Source of the DNA: a virus
Strand: one strand, 5' to 3'
Length of the DNA: 64,000 nucleotides
Virus record (IMG/VR): IMGVR_UViG_3300033148_006102
Span: 96,001-160,000 of that record
Program-made: the position numbers and the translations under genes
Part shown: positions 56,814 to 64,000 of the stretch, piece after piece
How the letters are laid out: each line of letters begins with the position of its first letter
Numbering within the stretch: position 1 is the first letter of the stretch
Notes under the pieces: model-generated
Seen by the model: only the letters and a program-made list of their open reading frames with translations
Told to the model about the DNA's origin: nothing
The model's database searches: none

Positions 56814-58131
56814 CGGTCCTTTCGTGTTCGATGTTCAGTTTGTAGAACGGGTTATAGTCAAAACGATCTGCGATGTGATAATCCAGTGCAGTCGTACTGA
56901 GTTTCATAGGGAAGATTATCGCACGCATGGCAAGCTGCAGGTCCTGACCGTGCAGCGCGTCTTTGACCGCTCCCTTATTCGGGAATGTACGGCCGAAGAA
57001 CGTGTAGTTCTTACCCTTGGATACTATGAGTTCAAGTGCGTTGGCGATGTTGTAGAGTATTTCGTTCTCATTGCACTCGCCAGGTGCATACCCTGCATAG
57101 TTATCGAGATACAGGCGCCAACTAGCCTTGCCACCTGCAGCACCGAAAGTATTACGACGGACATTGACATCGATTACTTTGCGGACATTGTGCTCGACAT
57201 CTTTCTTTTCTATGCCGTCGTTTACCTTGCCGGACATGAAACGCACGTCAGTACATATCACATGCGTTAGGTTTTTTCCACCAGTGGTTGTAGCAGGATC
57301 TTTCCTTGTTGACCCGACCAGCATGCGCAGCTGGTTGGTGTATAAGGTGGTCACGTGCATAGGCACAGAGCCGTATAGATCAACTAGATCGGGGTCGACT
57401 TCGGTAACCATGTTGAAGCCGTGCTTATGATTTGCGGCCAGAATAAAGGCGTTCAGCTTTTGCACGCCTACAGCGTGACGCGCTTGTTGACCCGAATCAG
57501 TAAGCGTGACTTCTGACTGTAGCTGTGCGACAGGGTCTACAGCAATGCAGTCGATGTACCCATTTGAAATAAAATTGTGTAGCGGACTACCGACTTGTTC
57601 AAAAGAGAAGGCTTCGCCGCGACGGAAGCATTCAGGATCCAGAATGACACCGTTACGCTCCGCCCAAGCAGAATCGTATCGACCCTCTGGTGAGAGCAAG
57701 ATAACGCGCCTACGGATGTTGGCACCGCATTTACAGGTGGTCTGCACTTCACCAGTCTCGAAATCACGGAATTCGATGATTGGGGTATAGCAACGGCGGC
57801 AGGTTCGTTGAATGGAACCAATCGTCGCGTAAAGTGTGCTTGTTTTGCCACCTTCTGCGATTCCCCAGTACTGGGTGAAATGACCATCGAGAATGCCGCC
57901 ACCAAGGGCGATATCAAAGCGAATGCGCCAGGTAGGAATGCGTGGTACAAAGATGCGGTTGTATTTTTCTTCGTCTTTGCTGATCCACGAATGCCCGTCG
58001 GCCTCCTTAGTGAAGGCTTTGGTGCGTGCCGCGTTTTGAGCCGTTAGATCTTTTTTGGCAGCATTGGTAGTCTGGGCAGGCCTACGCTTGATCGTGCGGC
58101 TAGCTTTCTTGCTCGATTTCTTTTTAGCCAT
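56761..58131 (-). CDS. recA: RecA/UvsX-like recombinase with Zn-ribbon insertion
   Basis: FDIALGGGI, Walker A GIAEGGKT, Walker B IAVD, YTNQLR...TTGGKNL; CRRC...CKC inserted after the Walker A helix. Confidence 0.85.
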   Translation of the reverse strand: MAKKKSSKKASRTIKRRPAQTTNAAKKDLTAQNAARTKAFTKEADGHSWISKDEEKYNRIFVPRIPTWRIRFDIALGGGILDGHFTQYWGIAEGGKTSTLYATIGSIQRTCRRCYTPIIEFRDFETGEVQTTCKCGANIRRRVILLSPEGRYDSAWAERNGVILDPECFRRGEAFSFEQVGSPLHNFISNGYIDCIAVDPVAQLQSEVTLTDSGQQARHAVGVQKLNAFILAANHKHGFNMVTEVDPDLVDLYGSVPMHVTTLYTNQLRMLVGSTRKDPATTTGGKNLTHVICTDVRFMSGKVNDGIEKKDVEHNVRKVIDVNVRRNTFGAAGGKASWRLYLDNYAGYAPGECNENEILYNIANALELIVSKGKNYTFFGRTFPNKGAVKDALHGQDLQLAMRAIIFPMKLSTTALDYHIADRFDYNPFYKLNIEHERTDGVVVLKSAELERRKPL

Positions 58132-58690
58132 TGAACAGTTCTTCCGGAGTCACACCTGTGTCTACGCCAAATTCTTTTGCGACGATCAGTTGTGCACTCA
58201 ATAGGTGGTTAGCAAGGATGCTGTTTGCGTGTTCATGTAAACGCAATGCATCGTCAATTGTCGCGTCTTCGACATCAAATGTCAGATATAGCGCAATATA
58301 GAGAGAACCATACTTTGGCTGAATTGTAGGCAGCTTGAGACCTAGTTCAGCTGATACCTTTCGTAATGCGTGTTTTGGTAAATCTGCTGGCGCAGGCGTC
58401 TCTATACGTGGTTCCGGTTGTGATGTGGCCGGTTTTGGCTGCTTGGGAGCATCCACTACTTCGACTTTATCTACGGTGACACGGCTGGAGACCTTCTTCT
58501 TTTTGCGCATTGGCGCCTTTGTCTTGATCTTTTTCTTCGTCGCGTGCGAAGGGCCTTTCTTTTTCTTCATCAGCGTTTCTTTCTCCGAGACCGTAAGCGG
58601 TCGCGTGTGTTCGTGAATAACGTCAGGACGCTGTTCGTGCTCCTGACGAGTAATTCGATACAAGATCGTGCCGGACTTGACTACGCACAT
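58124..58690 (-). CDS. Hypothetical protein with Lys-rich tract (start uncertain: 58570, 58690 or 58780)
   Basis: Basic MKKKKG...RKKKK tract, then a globular C-terminus; stop overlaps the recA start. Confidence 0.5.
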   Translation of the reverse strand: MCVVKSGTILYRITRQEHEQRPDVIHEHTRPLTVSEKETLMKKKKGPSHATKKKIKTKAPMRKKKKVSSRVTVDKVEVVDAPKQPKPATSQPEPRIETPAPADLPKHALRKVSAELGLKLPTIQPKYGSLYIALYLTFDVEDATIDDALRLHEHANSILANHLLSAQLIVAKEFGVDTGVTPEELFNG

Positions 58691-60138
58691 AGCTTGAGTC
58701 CAGTCTTGTCTACTATGCGCGCACCGATCTGTCGGTACTTGCGTATACGAGCTCGAGCGCGCGTAACCAGTGCTGGACAATTCACGTCGACGATGTCCAG
58801 TACAATGGGATCTAGTTTTCCGGGTAAACTACGTTGAATCCGTCCTATTGGTTGCCGGGGATCCGTGTCCGGAAGAAGCTGAATCATACAATCAAGATGG
58901 GTGATGTTAAGCCCCCTTTTGTTTTTACCAATGGTGCCGAGGACAAGCTGCGCATCACGGCCGGCAGTCTTCAGTTCAGCGGCACTGGACTTGCCATGTC
59001 GAAGAGCTGTGATCACGTCGTAACCGCGTTCGTCCCACATTTCCTTCAACATTTCGATGTGATCTGACCAGTGGGATAGAGCGAGTACCTTCCGTCCTTC
59101 TGAAATAGCCCACTCAATTTTGCGCAGTAGAAACAGATTGCGCTCGTCCATTTGTTGGATGAACTGTGTGAGCCGCTTTGAATCAACTGAAATGTCCCAG
59201 TTACCCGCTTCGTCGCGTTCCATGATGAAGTCGCGTTCTTCGTCTGTGAGCGTGTATGGGAGCATATAGATGGTCGGTCGCATATTATCTGTCGGCATTG
59301 AAACGAAGTTGTCGCCAATGATGCCGTAGATGAGCTCTTCCAGACCATCATTTCGATCGACTGTGGCCGTGAGTCCGAGCGCCTTGGTCCAGCGCACGCC
59401 CATGATAGCCTCTGAGAATTTGTCAGCCGCGTACACATCCACTTCATCGAAGATCGCCAGATCTGTTTTGATGACTGGTCCTTCGGGCGCCGTATTACGC
59501 ATGAGCGTCTGCACGGTGGTGACGAGGACATCCCACTTATGTGGGTTGCGACTGTATGTATGGAATGAGCGCGTTACCTTCAGTTTGGGAAGGAAGCGCT
59601 TTATTTCTTCCGGCCATTGCTTGGTGAGGTCAGAGGTGTTGACCACAACCAGCGTAGTTCGCGGCCGTAGTTGGGATATCATCCAGATACCACCGACGGT
59701 TTTGCCACTACCACAAGGCGCAGAACCTACAACGTAGCCATCTTTCAACATAGGTGGCAACAGCGTATCCTGCCATCCAAGTTGATGCTTACGCAATGGT
59801 AGCGCCAGTTCGAAATCCTTTTCCGGCCGTTCTGATTCTGAAAACGGCGCGAAGAGTATGCGTTCTTTGGCTTCAGGCTTGAGATGGTTGTTTGCCCAAT
59901 CTCGTGCCCAGCGCGGAACAATCAAACCGGTTTTGGTGATTGCGTATGCGTAGATTCGATGATCTACTTTGACTCGTCGATTCTTTTTAGCATCCCATTT
60001 ATGTTCGATGGGCGCCCGTCGGTGAAACCTGGAGATAAACACTAGCCGTCGCTTCGTCTCTTCAATGGCGTCTTCAGATTTGAAGGCGTCGTATGGGACG
60101 GCGACAGGGCCATTTACGATAATTGGTAATTTGCTCAT
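58681..60138 (-). CDS. Superfamily 2 helicase (UvsW/ResIII-like)
   Basis: LRKHQ, APCGSGKT, FDEVD, GLTAT, GLNI, QPIGRIQR. Confidence 0.9.
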   Translation of the reverse strand: MSKLPIIVNGPVAVPYDAFKSEDAIEETKRRLVFISRFHRRAPIEHKWDAKKNRRVKVDHRIYAYAITKTGLIVPRWARDWANNHLKPEAKERILFAPFSESERPEKDFELALPLRKHQLGWQDTLLPPMLKDGYVVGSAPCGSGKTVGGIWMISQLRPRTTLVVVNTSDLTKQWPEEIKRFLPKLKVTRSFHTYSRNPHKWDVLVTTVQTLMRNTAPEGPVIKTDLAIFDEVDVYAADKFSEAIMGVRWTKALGLTATVDRNDGLEELIYGIIGDNFVSMPTDNMRPTIYMLPYTLTDEERDFIMERDEAGNWDISVDSKRLTQFIQQMDERNLFLLRKIEWAISEGRKVLALSHWSDHIEMLKEMWDERGYDVITALRHGKSSAAELKTAGRDAQLVLGTIGKNKRGLNITHLDCMIQLLPDTDPRQPIGRIQRSLPGKLDPIVLDIVDVNCPALVTRARARIRKYRQIGARIVDKTGLKLCA

Positions 60139-62759
60139 GCGCGTAACTCAGCGAATATCTGCTTTCCGTATTCGGTCAATCCGCCAGGCGTACCACCATC
60201 CGGTGACTCCCATGTAAAGAAGGATTCACCAGTGAATGGCATACGCTTAGCGACCCACTCTTTCCACTCAGGTGTCCACTCAATGTCATCAATGTTTTTG
60301 TCTTTTGAAATTCCCCAGCAGTTACCGTATTTGACGCCAGCTTCGACTGGAAGCGGCAAGTCCCAGAAAGGATATTCCATGAAAGCTTTAACGAGATATG
60401 CAAGTTCTGGTGCGAGTTCCTCATCACATTCGATAACGATTTCGTCGTGAATCTGCATCAGAATTTCTGCGCGGCCGCGGTATCGTTCGTGTTGCAGAAT
60501 GTAATGATCAAAGAAGAAGATCATGACTTTCAGCAGGTCTGCTCCGCTACCTTGTACGTATGTGTTTACGAGATTGCCTGGTGATACCTGCGATTGCTTG
60601 TCCCAAAAGCGTATGCGTCCGGAAAGTGGTAATTCGTATATGCGGCAGCCTTGTTTCCACATGGCGTGCAGACCGTAGCCGTAGTCTTTGATTTCGCCAT
60701 ATGCTTCGTTGAATCGTTTGTGTACTTCTTTTGCGACTTTTTCGTCAACACCTGTTGAGATCCGGAATCGTTCGGCGCCACCCATGTAAACCATCAGGAA
60801 GTTCGCAGACTTAGCGATTTTGTCCCGGTCCATGTCAATTTCTGTGGCCGTACGAGTATGCAGGTCTGCTGTGTAACGACGTAGTCCATTGGGCAGGGTC
60901 TCGTATTTATTGTATTCGTCGATCATGGCTTTTACGCCGCAGATGGATGCGACAAGGCGAAGCTCGATCTGGCTGTAGTCAGCGACGACCATTGCTTTGC
61001 CACGGCGGGCGACGAATCCATGTCGCATACGTTTGCCGATTTTGGACCGACTAGGAATGTTCTGCAGGTTTGGGTTCTTGGAGCTCATGCGGCCGGTATC
61101 AGTACCGGTCGTATTGATAACTCCGTGCAGGATGTTGCCCTTTTTGCCACCCAATTTAACAGCGAATGTGGTGAAGAGCAGCTTCTTGGATCTGTAATCT
61201 TTGATTTTATCAATAATCGGGTGGTCCACGAAGCGGAGCACATCCTTACCTGTCTTGTACTGTGGGACGTGCACAGGCTTTTCAGGTTCTTGTGGCTTTT
61301 CGGGTTTAACTGGTGGCTTTGGTGGCTCCGTGTAGTCGATCTGTCGGTCATTACTGTCTGCGCCTACGCCAGTAGCTGATGTGATGGCACCCTCGTCGTT
61401 TTCAGCCATGACGGCTTCATACTCTTCGAGCGCCTCTTTGTACTGTGCGTATTCTTCCGCGTAGGCAGTTAACGCACCTTCGTATTCTTTCAGTAGCACT
61501 GGGTATATTTCGAGATCCTGTTCGTATTTGGTCTCTAGCTTTTCTTTGCGTGTCTTGGACGGTTCGGTCTCTTCAAGTTCACCTGTATTTGGCTTCAAAC
61601 GCAGGTGAATGAAGAGCATGTCTGATACGTCTGCTGGACTGTTCAGAGAGAAGTAGGTGCCTTCCAGATACGGACATCGTTTCCACAAGATCTCGTGAAT
61701 TTCGTTGTACAGAGTTTCAATGGTCGGAGCGATATCGTTTTCGGCGATATCTTGGAATATGCTGCGATCTAGTTTGATACCGCGAATATGTGCCCACACA
61801 AAAATTTCACGAATACGGCGTTCGATGACAGCCCAGTTGGCGAGCGAGCCACGATATTCTTGCTCGTCAACTATTCTGTTTCTGAGTTTGTTGTAGAGCC
61901 TGTATGTGTACTTCGCGTCGTCTTTGGCATAGCTGATGCATTCATCCTCCCACAAGGCATGCCGCTTGCGTACTTCCTCACGCCAGGCTTGCAGCTGAAG
62001 GCGAATATACTCCCAGAAAGTATCCACATCTACGTGGTAGTCACGGTAGGCCGCGTTCAGTTCTTTCTTTTTGGCAGCACGTGCTTTTTTGCGGGCGAGA
62101 TACTCTTTTTTATCCAGTTCGCCGCTTTCCATGCGTGCCTTTTCGCCGGCCTCCTCTTCGTTCCATTTGGCTTTCTGTACGTTGTTGCGCTCACGCATAC
62201 GGCGACGGCGCTCATTGTCAATTTTGTTGTAGTATGTCTTGAGTTTTTTGGGATCCTGCCAAGTGGCTGCACGTTTACGCAGATCCATGATGCGCATAAT
62301 ATGCGGGTGCTCAATATACGTTTCCTTGTAGGAACGCATCTTCACACCCAGATCCTTTTTGACACGTTCTTTCAGGCCGTGAACGGCACCGCCGCGTACA
62401 GCCGACCCGGCTCCACGATTGTCGTCTAACCAGCTGAGTACCATGCCGTCGCATACTATGACACGCCATTTCTGGAACGGGAGAACCGTTCGGTGAAGCA
62501 GCGTACAGTCATAGTATGCGTTCCACATGATGCAACGAATGTCGCGCATCTTCAGAAGATCTACCACCAACAGTAGATTCTCCTGTGTTGGTAATACGGC
62601 GATAGTACGACGGCCGGTGTGCATGGTTATCAGCTCAAGTTCAGCGGTCCATGCATTCTTGCTGGATGCCTCTGTATCGAGTGAGAACACACCATTCTTG
62701 ACGACTTCGGAAACGAAGCCTTGTATGTCATATGCGCTAGCGGTGCTCGAATAGGCCAT
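60135..62759 (-). CDS. polA: Family A DNA polymerase with 3'-5' exonuclease
   Basis: Exo I LDTE, Exo II NAYYD, Exo III YAKDD; TGRMSSKNPNLQNIP, motif A ADYSQIELR, motif B AKSANF..Y, NTYVQGSGAD, motif C QIHDEI. Confidence 0.95.
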   Translation of the reverse strand: MAYSSTASAYDIQGFVSEVVKNGVFSLDTEASSKNAWTAELELITMHTGRRTIAVLPTQENLLLVVDLLKMRDIRCIMWNAYYDCTLLHRTVLPFQKWRVIVCDGMVLSWLDDNRGAGSAVRGGAVHGLKERVKKDLGVKMRSYKETYIEHPHIMRIMDLRKRAATWQDPKKLKTYYNKIDNERRRRMRERNNVQKAKWNEEEAGEKARMESGELDKKEYLARKKARAAKKKELNAAYRDYHVDVDTFWEYIRLQLQAWREEVRKRHALWEDECISYAKDDAKYTYRLYNKLRNRIVDEQEYRGSLANWAVIERRIREIFVWAHIRGIKLDRSIFQDIAENDIAPTIETLYNEIHEILWKRCPYLEGTYFSLNSPADVSDMLFIHLRLKPNTGELEETEPSKTRKEKLETKYEQDLEIYPVLLKEYEGALTAYAEEYAQYKEALEEYEAVMAENDEGAITSATGVGADSNDRQIDYTEPPKPPVKPEKPQEPEKPVHVPQYKTGKDVLRFVDHPIIDKIKDYRSKKLLFTTFAVKLGGKKGNILHGVINTTGTDTGRMSSKNPNLQNIPSRSKIGKRMRHGFVARRGKAMVVADYSQIELRLVASICGVKAMIDEYNKYETLPNGLRRYTADLHTRTATEIDMDRDKIAKSANFLMVYMGGAERFRISTGVDEKVAKEVHKRFNEAYGEIKDYGYGLHAMWKQGCRIYELPLSGRIRFWDKQSQVSPGNLVNTYVQGSGADLLKVMIFFFDHYILQHERYRGRAEILMQIHDEIVIECDEELAPELAYLVKAFMEYPFWDLPLPVEAGVKYGNCWGISKDKNIDDIEWTPEWKEWVAKRMPFTGESFFTWESPDGGTPGGLTEYGKQIFAELRA

Positions 62760-62772
62760 GATAAGCGATCAA

Positions 62773-63966
62773 TTACTTGGAGGTTGCGCCCTTACGTCTA
62801 CGACGCTTGATTTTGCGCTTGGGTTTTTCGGCTTCTGGTTCCGGTTCGGGTTCCGGGTCAGCCTTCTTGTTCTTGCCGCGTGAGGCTTTGTTCTTCAATG
62901 CCTGCTTTGCTTCCTCACTAGCTTCGAACGCCTTTTCATCGTCGAGTGCTTCGTTGTCTGCACCGGCATCGTCTTCTGTGGCGCCTTCATCTTCACCTGG
63001 CTCGTCGATTTCAGGCTCTTCGGCATCATTGCCATTTTCGAGCTGATCATAGAGTTCTTCGAGGTCTTCGACATCGAGTGTGAGAGGAGAGCCGTTTTCT
63101 TCGAAGCGAATCATTTCGCCTTCGTCGTTTTCGACCCATGCTTCGCCATCACGAGTAACCCATGCGTCATCAATCCATAGGCAGGCGTTACCTTCTTCAT
63201 CCATCCAATATTCAAAGGACTCACCGTTATACTCAACGGTGTTGCCCGTTTTATCTTCGTCGTCGGCGACATCGTCCTCATCATCATCATCATCATCTGG
63301 CGCATCGTCAGATGCTTTGTTGGCGAATTCTTGTGCGAATTCACTGCCGTCAGCATCAGCATCATCTGATACGTCATTCTCAGTATCAGGCTGCTCGAAT
63401 TCCGTGTCGGCCGAGCTGAAGAAGTCTTCGTTGCTCGTGTCGTTGTCACCGCCATCGAAAATCTGCTCGCCATCTTTGATCGCCCAACCTGTAGGACCAA
63501 GGTTGTGGTCTTTGCGCATCTTCAGATGGAAGTCCAGTACTTCTTGTTTCTGTTCGTCGTCGAGGAAGGGGTAGACCTTCTTCATGTCTGCGGCTGTCTG
63601 TGCCTTGAACTGACGACGATTAGGACTGTGCTCACGACGAATTTCGTTGAGCTGCTTGATCATGCCCTGAAGCTTTGCTTCCGTGTACAACGGCACAACC
63701 TGGTTGGTAGCGGGATCTTCCATCCCGGTCACACAGAGCCAGTTTTCACCGATACTGACACGGGAATCATTTGCCCAACGTTTGACCTGGAACGTGGTAC
63801 CCAGCGCTGAGCCGTGTTGTACGAATGTTGGGTCAAGGGTGTCGGTGAAGATGTTCCAGTGATTGGAACCAATGCGAATCTCAACCAAGGCTAGTTGTGC
63901 GTCGGTTTCCTTGGTCTCTTTGCCCTTCTGGTACTTGTACGGGTGTACGATGACCCAGAAAGCCAT
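62773..63966 (-). CDS. Acidic protein upstream of the polymerase (possible SSB/replication accessory)
   Basis: Beta-rich aromatic N-terminus, very Asp/Glu-rich C-terminal half, basic tail; SSB role inferred from position and composition only. Confidence 0.45.
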   Translation of the reverse strand: MAFWVIVHPYKYQKGKETKETDAQLALVEIRIGSNHWNIFTDTLDPTFVQHGSALGTTFQVKRWANDSRVSIGENWLCVTGMEDPATNQVVPLYTEAKLQGMIKQLNEIRREHSPNRRQFKAQTAADMKKVYPFLDDEQKQEVLDFHLKMRKDHNLGPTGWAIKDGEQIFDGGDNDTSNEDFFSSADTEFEQPDTENDVSDDADADGSEFAQEFANKASDDAPDDDDDDEDDVADDEDKTGNTVEYNGESFEYWMDEEGNACLWIDDAWVTRDGEAWVENDEGEMIRFEENGSPLTLDVEDLEELYDQLENGNDAEEPEIDEPGEDEGATEDDAGADNEALDDEKAFEASEEAKQALKNKASRGKNKKADPEPEPEPEAEKPKRKIKRRRRKGATSK

Positions 63967-64000
63967 GATAGCCTGAATCGCGCCTGTCAGATCTGAGTCG

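Noticed and set aside
63278-63298. (CAT)n microsatellite as a phase-variation tract
   Set aside because: It is a trinucleotide repeat encoding poly-Asp in an acidic region; length changes would not shift the frame.
1-64000. Stop-codon reassignment as in some large phages
   Set aside because: Code 11 gives dense, full-length genes with intact motifs, and TAA, TAG and TGA all act as real stops.
1-64000. tRNA or rRNA genes
   Set aside because: Intergenic gaps are small, and none shows a cloverleaf with T-loop/D-loop consensus.

Overview
A 64-kb segment of a large, tailed (contractile-tail, myovirus-like) bacteriophage genome. From 1 to 53.7 kb the + strand carries a nearly uninterrupted virion block. 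In order it holds tail-fibre paralogues, a large Ig/beta-helix fibre, a metalloprotease plus holin-like cassette, head proteins and the portal. It continues with a single-chain fused beta-beta' multisubunit RNA polymerase interrupted by a LAGLIDADG intein, a central spike, large terminase, internal head proteins, prohead protease, scaffold-like proteins and the major capsid protein. It ends with a free-standing HNH endonuclease, neck, sheath, tube, small regulators and a sigma70-family factor. From 53.7 to 64 kb the - strand carries a convergent replication/recombination block: a histone-like-tailed protein, PD-(D/E)XK nuclease, resolvase-like nuclease, RecA, SF2 helicase, family A DNA polymerase and an acidic protein. 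No tRNA, rRNA or CRISPR array was seen. The strongest unexplained patterns are: (1) a dense Lys-x-Ala motif restricted to head-associated proteins and bracketing the prohead protease domain, i.e. a candidate maturation-cleavage code, often directly followed by Gly-rich hydrophobic segments; (2) a phage transcription system of fused minimal RNAP, sigma factor and a recurring 19-bp palindrome GGGAYTAT-N3-ATARTCCC just upstream of four SD-less tail genes; (3) a perfect 29-bp hairpin burying the HNH ribosome-binding site; (4) a four-stem structured intergenic region at 14.6-14.8 kb; (5) a domain nested inside a copy of itself in the tail sheath; (6) shared Lys/Arg-rich terminal tags on unrelated proteins. 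All assignments come from motif recognition by eye; no database searches were run.
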